Source: Eledone cirrhosa
Lineage: Eukaryota
Assembly: GCA_964016885.1 (NCBI GenBank)
Contig: OZ024742.1
Span: forward strand, 141,174,001-141,238,000
Reading direction: 5' to 3'
DNA length: 64,000 bases
Shown here: one piece after another, positions 27,448-41,224 of the stretch
Layout of the letters: each line of letters opens with the position of its first letter
How positions within the stretch are numbered: position 1 is the stretch's first letter
Program-made: the position numbers and the translations under genes
The notes under the pieces: model-generated
What the model was told of the DNA's origin: nothing
Databases searched by the model: none
The model's input: the letters and a program-made list of their open reading frames with translations, nothing else

Positions 27448-28410
27448 TTGTTACATAAAAAGGTTGTTTCCGAGGCAATCCACTTTCGGCAGGATAAATA
27501 CGCGGAAACAAAAACTAAGATAAATCCCTATTTTCCTGCACCAAATCGCTTTTGAACAGAAGCCCCCTCAATTCAATCTATACATTGACAAATTGACAAT
27601 CATATGGATCATTTTGCATATATGTACTCTATGTTTTTGCATTTATTCATTATTGGTTCTTTTCTTTTGTGTACTTTATATCTGTTTTTCTTTGGTTTTG
27701 TTCCATGTGATTGAAATTATGACTGTGTACCAGATTGACTACTGCCTTGAATACTATAGTTTACCCTCCGTTCTAATGTACGGCACTATCGTTCAATATG
27801 TGGATAGTGTAACTGTGACATTGGAACCCCTCTCAGAACTTCTTACTTAAACATCTCTCTCCATATTATTTACTCACCTCAATCCGGATTATCACTTGAA
27901 AAATTTTTTAATTTCTAATTGGTAATTTTTTAATTGTTTAATTTATAATTTCTGATTTTTGATTTAGGATTTTTATTTTTATTTCCAACTCTCACTCATA
28001 ACTTCTAATGTAAAACCATGATACCTAGAATTAAGTATATTTTCTCTTGGGAGTTGATGGTCAGTCGTACTGTCCATGCTTGGTGAGAGTTAGTATTGTG
28101 ACCTGTAAAAACTAACACTTACCCATCCCCTCTGGCTTTCGGCTGACTGCCACAGACGGGATGGGTAGCAGTAAACTATGGTACAGGCCTAAATGGGGCA
28201 TTGTTTGGCTGAGAGGGTGAACTGACTAAGCGAATTTCGTTGAAATCTGCGGTCGCTAATGGTCAAATTCCTTCGGACATGCGCCTGCGCAAACCGGTGG
28301 GGGTGAATTGGTACTCACAGGGGAACGGTTGAAGAACCCAAAAGCACACACTTCGTCCCATGTCGATTCAACTTAGATTGCCTCGGAAACATAACCTTAT
28401 TATGTAACAA

Positions 28411-28484
28411 GCTGTCTGATGATGTCACGACACTCGCACACAGAACAGTGTGGCCAGTGTCGTCATTGAAATATATATCACAGC
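28411..28484 (+). ncRNA. Type I hammerhead ribozyme
   Basis: GCTGT CTGATGA [long stem II ACGACACT/AGTGTCGT] GAAA TATATA TC ACAGC. Confidence 0.85.
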
Positions 28485-28513
28485 ATTATTATTAAAGGAC
28501 TTGGATTGTTAAA

Positions 28514-28703
28514 GGTGGATTGGCAGTATCGGTAGAGGGTCGGACGCCATGCTTTCTAGCATAGTTATGTCCCTTTACGATCTGAGTTCAAATCCCACTG
28601 AGGTTGACTTTGCCTTTCATCCTTACGGGGTCGATAAAATAAAGTACCAGTAATGCACTAGGATAATTGCTGGCCTTGTGCCTAAAGTAGAAACAATTAT
28701 TAT
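28514..28703 (+). mobile_element. SINE inserted into a PLE pseudo-LTR arm
   Basis: 4961-type SINE flanked by duplicated attattattaaaggacttg; absent from the other arm. Confidence 0.9.
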
Positions 28704-29114
28704 TAAAGGACTTGAACATCTGAAACTACTTCGCTTTTACTTATTCTATATATGTATATATATATGTATATATATAATAAAAGAGAAAACACAGGTAAGC
28801 ATTAAAAAAGAATTTTATCCAGGTATTTACCTGAATAAAATCCTTTTGTTAATGCTTACCTGTGTTTTCTCTTTTATTGTTTATACTCCAAGATTGATAC
28901 ACGGGATTTACTAACCAGAATCTTGGAAACTTATGGAGTTACCCATAACCGTACTTTGGAAACCGTCCAAGAAACTGGCTATCTTAACCACGAACTGGAC
29001 TACAATAAGCAATTTCCTGCTTTCCTAACTATGTACATATATCTGTATATATATGTATATATATATATATATGTATATATATGTATATATATATAAATGT
29101 ATAAATATATATTT

Positions 29115-29318
29115 TAGTCGATCGACTTTCGTCAAATCGGACCGAGGAAACAATGTTTCCAGTTGCTAGTACTATCTATCGGTCGCAACTCCAGGTAGAA
29201 GGAGCAACGTGAAATAAAAGGTCTTGCTCAAGGACATAACGCATCGACCGGTCCAGGACTCGAACTCACAACCTCAAGATTGGGAATCCAATTCTCTAAC
29301 CACTCAGCCACACGCCTT
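29115..29318 (-). mobile_element. Third tRNA-derived SINE family
   Basis: gtggctgagtggttag A box, gagttcgagtcc B box, tgtccttgagcaag core. Confidence 0.7.
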
Positions 29319-29342
29319 CACATATATATATATATATATGTT

Positions 29343-29426
<84 letters not shown>

Positions 29427-29522
29427 GCAAAAGTTCTATTTAAATATCCTGGAGCTTCCAACAGTGATGGTTGCATTTTTTAAGGGTATGTCAATATTTA
29501 TTTATAAAACTGATCTATATTG

Positions 29523-29587
29523 TATTTTGTCTGATGAAAGCATACCATAATTTAACGTGGTGTCCTTGAAATATGTATAATAAAATA
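29523..29587 (+). ncRNA. Type I hammerhead ribozyme
   Basis: TATTTTGT CTGATGA AAG...CTT GAAA TATGTA TA ATAAAATA. Confidence 0.7.
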
Positions 29588-29648
29588 AATATGGTTTTAT
29601 AAATATAGTTTCCATTTCTTAATATCGTATTTTATGTATATATATATA

Positions 29649-29788
<140 letters not shown>

Positions 29789-29812
29789 TATATATATGTA
29801 TGTTTATATATA

Positions 29813-30012
29813 TGGAAGCTCAAGCTGGACAGGACCCTGTACTCTCTGGCCTGGTCCCAAATCAGGAAAGTACCACCTGATAAAGGGGGATCTGGCATCT
29901 GCAAACTATGTCTGAGCGAGGCCCTCGAGATACTCAGAGGTGGAAGCAGCCTGATAAACCTCAGGACTGACTTCTTCGGGACATGTAGACACCTCAAGCT
30001 ATATGGACAATA
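29813..30012 (+). mobile_element. PLE GIY-YIG C-terminal fragment
   Basis: WKLKLDRTLYSLAWSQIRKVPP...CKLCLSEALEIL...LINLRTDFFGTCRH, homologous to 32240-32584; starts at a (TA)n junction. Confidence 0.75.
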
Positions 30013-31242
30013 ACAACACATTGGGATGGGAACTTCCCTCTAGCTATAAGGACAGCAGCCCCACCACACCGAGCCCACGGTAAACCACCCCTACCCCTGC
30101 CTCGATCGACTCCTGTGACAACACATAATTATGCATATGTCCATACATAGATACTGTTATTTAAGATTGTACGTGCACAGATACTTACATGTGTGTGTGT
30201 GCATGTGGGTGTGTGTGTGTGTGTGTGTATGGTTGTGTGTGTGTGTGTGTCGGTTTATAATGTGTGTGTGTGTGTGTGTGTGCATAGGGGATGCACCTGG
30301 GCCTGTGCCTGTGGGTGTGTGCTTGGAACGATGTGAGTTGACATACACGCATATGTACTCTATGCCGAAATAGGAACTGTAGCCCTCTGCATTTCCGGAT
30401 TTTAACACTCGGGTTCTGGTGTTTTACACTCCACCCTTGTCTCATTTGCTCTTAAAACGCACCACACCATGATTGTGATCCTTTGCACTTCTTTATTCTG
30501 ACATAGCCTTTCTACTTCGGTCAATATCTTCAAAATCTTTCAAACTTTGAGATTGGTTATAACGCACACGCATTTTATTTTATTCTTTTATCATCTTATT
30601 CTTTTTATTATTTTATTATTTTTTGTTTATTCATTTATTTATTTATTTATTTTTTTTATATTTTCTTCATTTTATTGCCTTATATTCTTTTATTTCTCCA
30701 CTTTACTTTATCTTATTTCTTCATCTGTTTGCCCCCCCCCCCCACCACCACGAGAAATGGTGGCAGAATAGATGCCAACGCATACACAGAAATTCTTCTA
30801 AAAATAGCAGCAGCCGAACTAAAGCTGACCTGACTAATGATCCCCTAATACCAACACCACTACCAACACAATGGAGGAGGCCAGCTGTACTTATCAAAAA
30901 CACCCACAACAGATTGCCTTGCCTCAGAAAAATTTCTATAGACTTTTGACTGAGGAATGTTCTCACAACTGACCAATGGGAGGAGAGAGTGTCCTTTGAC
31001 GCCGAAATTCGTTTGTTTGAATTCATATGATTCCAGTTCCTCAGAGAAATAACAACCCAACCAGGAACTGGGCATATCGAAGTATTGATGGAGTTAAACA
31101 CTTCAACAACATGTGTACCTGTCTCTACCACACCAATTCGGACTGTTTGAAGAGGTCACAGCCAAGGATGGCTGTCAACGAAATATATATAGCAGTACAC
31201 CTTTAATAAACGAAGCCAAATTTTAAATATTTGACTTTATTT

Positions 31243-31415
<173 letters not shown>

Positions 31416-31432
31416 ATATATTTATTAAAATA

Positions 31433-31508
31433 ACAGATTAAAGTTTAAGCAAAGAATCGCTGCTTTCACCCTTAACGGGATCTTCTGAAACTAACAAAGT
31501 CAATCTGT
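31433..31508 (-). ncRNA. Hammerhead variant (CAGAAGA core)
   Basis: Reverse complement of the 33495 motif. Confidence 0.65.
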
Positions 31509-33494
31509 AAACGCAGAACTGGATATTTCAAAAAACGTTGCAACCGGAGGAAGACAGGAGGACGATACTTTGGTTCGTGGTAACGTTCGCTGGCAAAGAA
31601 CGGGAAAAAACGAATAATGCGTCATTAATAGGAGCGGTGAAAAACAATTATGCACAAAAACAAAACCACGTTTATGGTATAAAAGAGGTCGTAGACTAAT
31701 GTTCTCTTAGGTGGTGCATAGAGACGTTCTCTGGCAATGAACGAAAAAACGAAGATAATAAGTCATATGTGGAGCGTGGAGAACAATAGCACGCAAAGAC
31801 AAAACCACGTAAATGGTATAGCAGAAATCGTAGACTAAAATTCTAACTAGGAGACCAAATGAATCTCCGCTACAGAGTTAAGAACAAAGTAAATAAATAC
31901 AATACAGAAGTAATAGGAACAAATAAATACATACACGCAAACAGATACGTACATACACAAGCATACGCAAAACCTTACCAAGGGTATACAAAACCACGCA
32001 CATATAAAAATGTGTGTGTGTGTATGCTTGTGTACAAATAAATAAATAATTATATAAACGTATATAAGTAAATAAATACGTATATAACAAGCGCACACGC
32101 ATACCTACATATAAATACACGAATGTTCGGAGACGTAAGTCAACTAGAACAAGAAGTACACATATACACACACCCACCATACGTACGAACCTGCACACTC
32201 ACGCGGACGCAAAACTCCCGTATACACATAGCCAAACCCAGGGCCTACATAGGGTTAACCGCCAATAGTTTCAAGCAGCGTCTTTACATGCATACCCATT
32301 CTTTTCGTTACCCTCTAAGAAGGAATATGACGTCACTTTCAGCTTATATCTGGAGTCTAAAAGACAACCACACCCAATATAAGTTACACTGGGAGATCCT
32401 AGCTAGGGCTAGATCGTATAACGGAAATAAAAGACCATGTGACCTCTGCGCTGCCGAGGCCCTGGAAATACTCTACGCTACAGACCACATCTTAAACAAA
32501 AAATCTGAGGCAATTTCGGCTTGTAAACATAAATTGCACAAAACTTTCCTGTATTACAGCCCCACGTTATACCCTAACGGATAGTACGATCTATACGTGG
32601 ATATTTTACGTCTTGTTGTGAGAGCTAAGTATATGTTTTGTTTATTCCTTTACTTATTTGCATAGGTAAGTATATATTACCCGTATGTTTTGTGAAGGTA
32701 TGTATACCTTCTCGTACGTATATTTGACTGTTATAGCGCATAATTTTTACATATTCTGGTATTTAGGGTTTGGCTATGTGTATACGGGAGTTTTGCGTCC
32801 GCGTGAGTGTGCAGGTTCGTACGTATGGTGGGTGTGTGTATATGTGTACTTCTTGTTCTAGTTGACTTACGTCTCCGAACATTCGTGTATTTATATGTAG
32901 GTATGCGTGTGCGCTTGTTATATACGTATTTATTTACTTATATACGTTTATATAATTATTTATTTATTTGTACACAAGCATACACACACACATTTTTATA
33001 TGTGCGTGGTTTTGTATACCCTTGGTAAGGTTTTGCGTATGCTTGTGTATGTACGTATCTGTTTGCGTGTATGTATTTATTTGTTCCTATTACTTCTGTA
33101 TTGTATTTATTTACTTTGTTCTTAACTCTGTAGCGGAGATTCATTTGGTCTCCTAGTTAGAATTTTAGTCTACGATTTCTGCTATACCATTTACGTGGTT
33201 TTGTCTTTGCGTGCTATTGTTCTCCACGCTCCACATATGACTTATTATCTTCGTTTTTTCGTTCATTGCCAGAGAACGTCTCTATGCACCACCTAAGAGA
33301 ACATTAGTCTACGACCTCTTTTATACCATAAACGTGGTTTTGTCTTTGCGCGTAATTGTTTTTCACCGCTCCTATTAATGACGTATTATTCGTTTTTTCC
33401 CGTTCTTTGCCAGCGAACGTTACCACGAACCAAAGTATCGTCCTCATGTCTTCCTCCGGTTGCAACGTTTTTTGAAATATCCAGTTCTGCGTTT

Positions 33495-33570
33495 ACAGAT
33501 TGACTTTGTTAGTTTCAGAAGATCCCGTTAAGGGTGAAAGCAGCGATTCTTTGCTTAAACTTTAATCTGT
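33495..33570 (+). ncRNA. Hammerhead variant (CAGAAGA core)
   Basis: AGTTT CAGAAGA T CCC-GTTAA-GGG T GAAA GCAG-CGATTCT-TTGC TT AAACT; distal stem I ACAGATT/AATCTGT. Confidence 0.7.
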
Positions 33571-33693
33571 TATTTTAATAAATATTTGCTCTACGGTTCT
33601 TATATATTTGATATATATTTTCCTTATCGAGCCCTCTTTGGATTTTAGTCTTCAATTTTATTATTATTACTATTACTATTATTATTATGATTA

Positions 33694-33762
<69 letters not shown>

Positions 33763-34169
33763 GTAGCGGGCTGTGTGGTTACTGTAAACAAAGTGTAAGA
33801 TAGTAATATGGACGTAAACAAGAGAAGAAGCCCTTCATCAGCTGTTAACTGCGATCATAGATGTTTCGGCGCTTAACACAGGTCATCGAAATCGATCAGC
33901 AGCGCGCCCAAATCCTTTTATCGATCAAAAGGCCACGAGGGAAAGAAAAGACAAAATAGTTTAGAGAGAGGAAGAAAGAGGAAAAAATGAAGTAAATAAA
34001 CCGAATGGAGGGAGGACATAGGACATGCAAGTGAGTAACCGATATATATATATATATATAAAATACTGCCAACAGCAACACACACATTCGACGGCTATCA
34101 CCCTGCTTGAATCAAATAAATATAACCTCCAATAATGCATGAAGATCATCATCAATAACCAAAGAACAG

Positions 34170-36060
34170 CTGAAGAGAAATGGGCCATTGAGAAAATCAA
34201 ACTCAACCCCCAAAGTGTTCTTTTCATTTGCAAAAAAACACAAGGTCACTGTCTCCACTGTTGGCCCTCTAATTGATGAAAATGGCACACTCCAAGATAA
34301 TGCCAAAACCATAGGCGAGATACTGCAGAAACAATACTGCTCTGTTTTCAGCAATCCTGAGATGGCCGATCTGGGCTGTATCAGTGATGTTAATCCCCAA
34401 CACACTATATCAGACATAACGTTTGCCGCCTCTGATGTCATAGCGGCAATAAACGAAATTAAACACAATTCAGCAGTAGGTCCCGATAGGTTCCCTGCTT
34501 TTGTCCTGAAGGTGTGTCGATACCAACTTGCATCTCCTCATGCTAATCTGTGGAGGAATTCACTCGATACTGCCTATATTCCAGAAAACTTTCTGTCCCA
34601 GTCCGTTGTCCCAGTTTTCAAAAAGGGAAATAAGTCCCTTGCAGTTAGCTACCGTCCAATTTCACTCACCTCTCATATCATCAAGATATTTGAGAGGGTG
34701 GTGAGATCACGAATAACCCACTTTCTCGAAAGCAACGGACTGCTGAACAAACATGGGTTCCGTAATGGAAGGGACTGCCTAATGCAGCTCCTGCATCACT
34801 TTGATGATGTTTTGAGAGCTTTGGGAGAGGGCTCCAACACTGATGTCATCTACCTTGATTTCAGCAAGGCCTTTGATAGGGTTCATCATACGATTCTATT
34901 GAAAACACTATCCAATATTGGTGTCCCTGGAAAGTTACTACAGTGGATCAAGTGTTTCCTGACAGACAGAACCCAACATGTAGTCGAAGAAGTGAAATAA
35001 AGCCCAGCCAAAGTCAGCAGTGGCGTCCCGCAAGGCACTGTGTTGGGCCCACTTCTTTTCATCATCTACATTAATGACATTACTGACATCATCAAGCACA
35101 GCAACATAAGAATCTTCGCAGATGATTCCAAGCTCCAAAGGGTCATCAATGAGGTGGGTGACCGGACTTGCCTTTAGTCAGACCTACTGTCTGTTATCCA
35201 ATGGGCAGAAAAGAACAATATGCTGCTGACTGAGGATAAGCTCGAGTTAATCCACTTTGGAAAAAAGGATGCCCCGAAACTCCCATACTCTCTTCCTTCA
35301 GGTAAAACTCTTGTGGCATCCAACAACATCAGAGACTTGGGAGTAATTGTGGACATAAGCTGGGCCACTCATATAAACAGCAAAGTTGACATGGCACGCA
35401 GAATGTGTTCCTGGATTCTCAGAACCTTCCAGTCGAGAACTATCCACACCGTTATCCTTCTCTTCTCCACTTTTGCCCGATCCCACCTTGAATACTGTTG
35501 TCCACTGTGGTCGCTCCACACAAACAAAGTATCATGAAAGTTGAAGCACCTCAAAGGTCAATTACAAAAAAAGATAGATAGCATGACTATTGGAGTCGAT
35601 TAGAAAAGCTCAACCTTTATTCTCTCCAACGTCGCCGTGAACGCTACATTATCTGCTTGATGTGGAAAATATTCCATCAGCATTGCCAAAATAATGTTGG
35701 CATCACCTTTAAGGTACACCCAAAGCTTGGGATCCGTGCTATCCGCCCACGACAAAAATCTCACTCGCATCCCATAACAACAATACGGTACAATTATTTC
35801 ACCTCAATTGGCCCCGCTCTTTTTAACATTACACCAAAACACATTAAAACAGAAACAGACCCCATAAAGTTCAAGAAGTCGTTAGACAAATTCCTTCAAA
35901 AAATCCCAGATAAACCTCCTACACCCGGATATACCTCCGTAAACAATAACTCTCTACTTGAGTGGGCCATGGTGCCAAATCCTGATTTGAAAGACTTCGC
36001 CAGGTGGTGCTATTAAGTTAGACATGGCCTGGGCCAATACTGGCCTAAACCTATCAAAGT
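34170..36060 (+). mobile_element. 5'-truncated CR1-group LINE (RT pseudogene)
   Basis: [64 protein letters not shown]; stop at 35000 and later frameshifts. Confidence 0.9.
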
Positions 36061-36090
36061 TATATATATATATATATATAAAAATAAATA

Positions 36091-36171
<81 letters not shown>

Positions 36172-36849
36172 CTGTTAGACACGCAGTGACTAACAACAGA
36201 ATGTTTTCAGTCTGCATGTCTGACATATATGCGTAGCTTCTGAATAAAAAATTCAAGGGGTTTCGCTAGCCGTGGTGATCCCTGCCAAACATCTTTTGTA
36301 ATGTATCGTCTTATTGGCTAATTTCATAGTCTTATTGGCTAATCAACCAATGAGAGTAATTGTTGCTCAAAAGCACCCGCTACTTTGTTTGCACGTTTAT
36401 TTATCGTTTCGCTTTCGAATCTTCCTCCTGTATTTCGTCGTTTTATCATCAAAATATTTTTCTCGTTTTGGTAAGTTATATTGTTAATTTATATATGATT
36501 TTTTAAATTTATATTAACTATTTTTTTTCAGTTCGTTATAATATGCTTATAATATTGGTTGTATCATATTTACTTGTATATTTGTCCATATTATTGTTCA
36601 TTTTATGTTAGATTATTTTATTATTATTATGTTAGATTATTTTTTTTATTATTATGTTAGACTCTTTGTATGTAATGTTTAATTTTTATTAATTCAACTA
36701 TAACAATTATTATGTAAAATATATTTATTTAATATTGATTTTTTTTGTAGTTGTTTTTATTAAAAGTCTGAAAATATTTTTATACATCTTACAATAGTAT
36801 TTATAAGATCATTTATAAAATAACAATTATATAATCTAATTACATTACA

Positions 36850-37068
36850 ACTCTGTGGCATCCTTTTATAAAAAAAGAGACTCATAACGAACTCAAGACG
36901 ACACGATAATTATTTAAGTGAATTTATAATATAGAATTCGGTTTAAGTGCATTTCGTATTAATCATTACTAAACATCTAATATGAGATATTGAACATTAG
37001 CTTAAATAATTATCGTGTCGTCTTGAGTTCGTTATGAGTCTCTTTTTTATAAAAGGATGCCACAGAGT
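36850..37068. repeat. Inverted repeat, about 68-bp arms
   Basis: 36850-36918 versus 37001-37068. Confidence 0.85.
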
Positions 37069-37172
37069 GTACGATAGATAATGATTACAATATTTTTGAG
37101 CAACAACTCTAGTCCTACACTTTTGAAGGTTTATTATAACATTCTGTGGCTCTTTTGAGTTTTTCAGGTCTA

Positions 37173-37206
<34 letters not shown>

Positions 37207-37282
37207 CGAAGGAATTGTGGTAAGGAACCAGATGGACCATAACGCACCAAAGTACGCAATACTTAGGGTAGTAAAGTGGCTA

Positions 37283-37398
37283 ATAGGAACAAGTATGACC
37301 CCGACGGCAGAGATCAAGCCGTTTCGACGGTTATTTCTGGACAGAAATAGCCGTCGAAACGGCTTGAGCTCTGCCGTCGGGGTCATACTTGTTCCTAT
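37283..37398. repeat. GC-rich fold-back hairpin between (TA)n arrays
   Basis: ataggaacaagtatgaccccgacggcagag...ctctgccgtcggggtcatacttgttcctat, two mismatches. Confidence 0.9.
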
Positions 37399-37440
37399 AT
37401 ATATATAAAAAAAAAAAAATATATATATATATACACACAC

Positions 37441-37485
<45 letters not shown>

Positions 37486-37559
37486 CATATATACATATAC
37501 TGTATATGTATATATATATATATTTGTATATATAGATATAGATAGGTAAATATACACGG

Positions 37560-39125
37560 GTGTGTATGATTGTGTATAGAAGATTATATTAATAAGAGGA
37601 ATTCCAACTTTGTCTGATTTACTCGTTTTATTTACAATCCTTTAAAATATATATAATATGGTATTATAATGAAATAGTATGATAGAATATTAAATTCTAA
37701 GTGTTAATTGAACAAGTACTTTCATGCTTTCGCAATCTTCAGGTTCATGATATGTGGTGACAGTCGAGTTTGCAATTTTCAACTGTAATGAGATGGGTAA
37801 ATTTACTACCTTTTATACATTTTATACAGAGAAAAGTGGCTCCAGAATGCAGCCCTGTAAACTGTATTTCGACCAATCAGTGTGTAGTTTCACTGAATTA
37901 CTACAGCTGATTGGTTTAAACGTCACGGCTGGTTGAGCATGCTAACGACCAATAGTCATACCCAACGTATCAATTGTTTTGCTTTTTGAAATGATGAAAA
38001 TAGCATTTTCTATTAATCATCACCATCAACATCACTTTTATTATTATTATTATTGTTGTTGTTGTTGTTGTTAGTGGTCGTGGTCATAGTGGTAGTAGAA
38101 GTAATACCCCTAGGCGTTATTATTGTTCATTTAGCTTGGGTTTGAATTTATCAATAAAATTCTTTTCTTTGATTTTTCTCTTGATTTCACTTGGGCTGTG
38201 TAATTTGTAGAATGGGAATATTATAAATATTCCCTGACCACATGTTGCCAGGTGGCCGCTTAGGGGTATCTGACGGACATTTGGGTCTCTGATTTGTTGA
38301 CGGTGTACCCGTGCACGTTCCGATAGTGCATTTCCAGTTTGACCGACTTATAGTTCTTCACAATTCGGGCATTTAATGCAGTAAATTAGATTTCTGCTTT
38401 TGCAGTTCATATTTGCATTTGGGAATATTTTTCCAGTTTTTGTTTTCATATATTGACCGGCGTGTATGGATTGACATGTGCCGCATCGATTATCATTGCA
38501 TTTAGATACAGTGAATGATTGGTCTTTGTTGTTAAGGTCAAACTTTGCTTTTGTTAGCAATTGCTTCAAATTTTTTGGCTGTCTTTTACTAAGAGTCAAA
38601 GATCGATCTGTGATTAAGCCTTTTAATTCATTACTTTGAGCAATGATCGGTAGGTTTGCTTTGGCAGTGTTGAATATATTCTGGTGACATGGGTTGTGTG
38701 TCATTATAAATGGTATGACCAGTTCTTGGTTTCTTCTTCCTTGGGTTGTTCTAAGTTGTTGTATAGGTATTTTTATAGCCCGCTGTATGCCATTTTCTAT
38801 AAGTAGAGATGGATATTTTTGTTTGAGCAAAAATTCTCTTAGTTCTGTTAGGCGTTTGTACCTGGTATTCGTATCTTCTACAATGGTACAAATTCTTCTG
38901 GCTAGGCAGTATGGGATGTTGCGTTTTGTATGAGGTGGATGGCACGACTTAAAATTCAGATATTGATGGGTGTCTATGTGTTTATAATATATATCCGTGG
39001 TAATGGTGGTGTCGTTTTTGATTATCATTATATCTAGGAATGGTAATTTGGTCCTACTCATCTCTTTTGTGAATTGGAGAGATGGGTGTAGGTTATTCAG
39101 GAGGATATTGAACTCATCCAGGTAT
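37560..39125 (-). mobile_element. 5'-truncated PLE (RT thumb + GIY-YIG) with 3' pseudo-LTR
   Basis: LPFLDI, TDIYYK, QYLNFKSCHP, CNDNRCGTC, NLIYCIKC; frameshift before GQTG; ends FKPKLN* near 38130. Confidence 0.9.
37709..37747 (-). ncRNA. Minimal type I hammerhead ribozyme
   Basis: TGAAC CTGAAGA T TGC-GAAA-GCA T GAAA GTAC TT GTTCA; same strand as, and downstream of, the PLE ORF. Confidence 0.85.
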
Positions 39126-39128
39126 ATT

Positions 39129-39194
<66 letters not shown>

Positions 39195-39229
39195 TTATAA
39201 GAATCAAAGAACTGTTCAAAACATTTTTA

Positions 39230-39276
39230 TGCTTACAACTGTTTCCTCCAAACCGAGGTTTGGCTTCTTCGGAGCA
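39230..39276 (-). ncRNA. Hammerhead (CCGAAGA core)
   Basis: Reverse complement of the 40697 motif. Confidence 0.75.
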
Positions 39277-40696
39277 ATTTATTATTGAATGAACACTTAT
39301 ATGACCTCCTTTTCACCCAAGAGACATACAGATACATATGCAAATATTGTGGGTCAACATTCATTACAGCATTTAGTGTGGCAGTACACATTTAGAGATT
39401 ACATTCATATTAAAAGATACAATCAAAAATACAGGTTAAAATACAACATGAAATTAAGCGATTATAGAGTGCAATGGTTATATGTGTGGCAAGCACGTGC
39501 GTCTTGTTTATATAGTGTGGCAGAGAGTTACGTGTAATAGAAGAACTTAAGCAGGTAATCAAGTGTGTTAAGGGGGTTGATCTGGTAATGAATTCTTTAT
39601 ATGATTGTTATAGCTTGTGTGTGGAGATATAATATAAGTATTAAAAATAATGTAAGCATTAAAAATATTGGAAATGCGTAGCGAAGCGATGATATGGATT
39701 TCATGCACTGCGACATTTTCATAGTCTGGGGAGCGTATTTTTCAGATTATATGCCCCTCACATAATCCACGACGATTCGATGTTGGGCGTTTGACAATCG
39801 AGTTAGAGAATCGTAGTCTGATGTTCTTTAGCTCAATACAGGAGGATGTTACGTTGCGAGAATCGACATCGAAATATAACCCGGAAGTGTGTGTGTGGCT
39901 AAGGGGAGTTAATGCATGAGGGGAGGTAACTCAGTGGTTTCTATTACTAACTATTAAATTGTGTCTCAAAATAGTCCCTAACTTATATGGTTATGCGCAT
40001 TTTCTAAAAAAATTCTAAAAATTTAAAGTGTTTTAACTATAAAGTAGTCTATTAAGTTGTGCTGAAGGTGTTCTTATTATGGTGATTAACCTCCATCGTA
40101 GAGTGCCACAAATGAATATTATACACGACGAGCGAGATTTCTAAATTAATGATCACTGTGATTGTAGTCTACTCAAAGAACCAGGCAAGGTGATTGCAGA
40201 ATCACTTCAACACAATGATCCCTGGTAAGTTCCGGGTCAGTGCATGCTATATTGGATGTCGAAAGATAATCATCACCAGGGCCGACCAGAGGTCAATCCA
40301 CACTCCTCATGTCTCCAATCGGACCATCAAATCATACATATATGTACAACCCATACGCCACTTGCAATACATACACTGCACTCAGCATACCGGTCGTACA
40401 GCTCATCAACGTTACTAGATTAATTAGTTTTCCATTTATCCAACGATGGCACTTCCTCCGCATAGCACCAGTTCAATGCTTAAATTTTACATTAACTATA
40501 AAGTGGTGTAGTGCAGTTCAAGCAACTGGATGTAGTCACACCTAAAGTAGAAGTATCTTTTAATATGAATGTAATCTCTAAATGTGTACTGCCACACTAA
40601 ATGCTGTAATGAATGTTGACCCAGAATATTTGCATATGTATCTGTATGTCTCTTGGGTGAAAAGGAGGTCATATAAGTGTTCATTCAATAATAAAT

Positions 40697-40743
40697 TGCT
40701 CCGAAGAAGCCAAACCTCGGTTTGGAGGAAACAGTTGTAAGCA
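40697..40743 (+). ncRNA. Hammerhead (CCGAAGA core)
   Basis: TGCT CCGAAGA AG CCAAACC-TC-GGTTTGG AG GAAA CAGTTG TA AGCA. Confidence 0.75.
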
Positions 40744-41224
40744 TAAAAATGTTTTGAACAGTTCTTTGATTCTTATAATTCATATAACTGCTCTGTAAAT
40801 CATCTGATGTTATTACATTGAGCTATTTAACTTACTGGTAATAAGGTAGTAATATATTACTGCCTACCAGTATTTAGGGTTTATAAAAATATATATAACT
40901 ACAAAAGGTTTTTGTATTTGCATAACCATAAATAGTATAATTAATACTATATATATATATATATATATATATACTTTTGCGAGGTTTTTGATATGAAATC
41001 GTGTGTCCAAATAAATATTGTTATATTTGGGGAGAGTCATATTTGTGTAATATTGCCTGAATTAATAACAGAACACACTCACTGTTTGGTCGGTTTTCGC
41101 TTTTCGCTTCTGTGTCTTTTATATCGGTTAATTTAATTTATTCGGTCCTCAATGTTGCCATTGACTGACCAACGGTAAAAAATAATACAGATACAATATA
41201 GACACAAACACATATATATAGTTT

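Larger units (their letters stand above)
27250..28748 (-). mobile_element. Non-coding PLE derivative with inverted pseudo-LTR arms
   Basis: 27329-27480 inverted at 28376-28503 plus 28700-28746; (TA)n on both sides; hammerhead in each arm. Confidence 0.75.
31418..33670 (+). mobile_element. 5'-truncated PLE with about 820-bp inverted pseudo-LTRs and an unduplicated 3' tail
   Basis: Arms 31418-32239 and 32766-33585; spacer encodes YIGLTANSFKQR...CDLCAAEALEIL...LNKKSEAISACKH; flanked by (TA)n. Confidence 0.9.
39187..40950 (+). mobile_element. Non-coding PLE derivative with about 230-bp inverted arms
   Basis: 39187-39420 inverted at 40553-40786; hammerhead in each arm; (TA)n flanks. Confidence 0.75.

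Noticed and set aside
28325-28410. Possible second hammerhead (GAAA CATAA...TTATG TA) upstream of 28411
   Set aside because: Stem III looks right, but no matching core or stem I was found
32123-32239. N-terminal part of ORF 32123-32584 as real protein
   Set aside because: Comes from the inverted pseudo-LTR; true coding starts at about 32240
33825-33900. CTGATGA and CGAAAC motifs on the minus strand
   Set aside because: Could not build consistent stems; at best a decayed ribozyme
40220-40281. CCCTGGT...GAAAGATAATCATC-ACCAGGG resembling a hammerhead
   Set aside because: No CUGAnGA-like core
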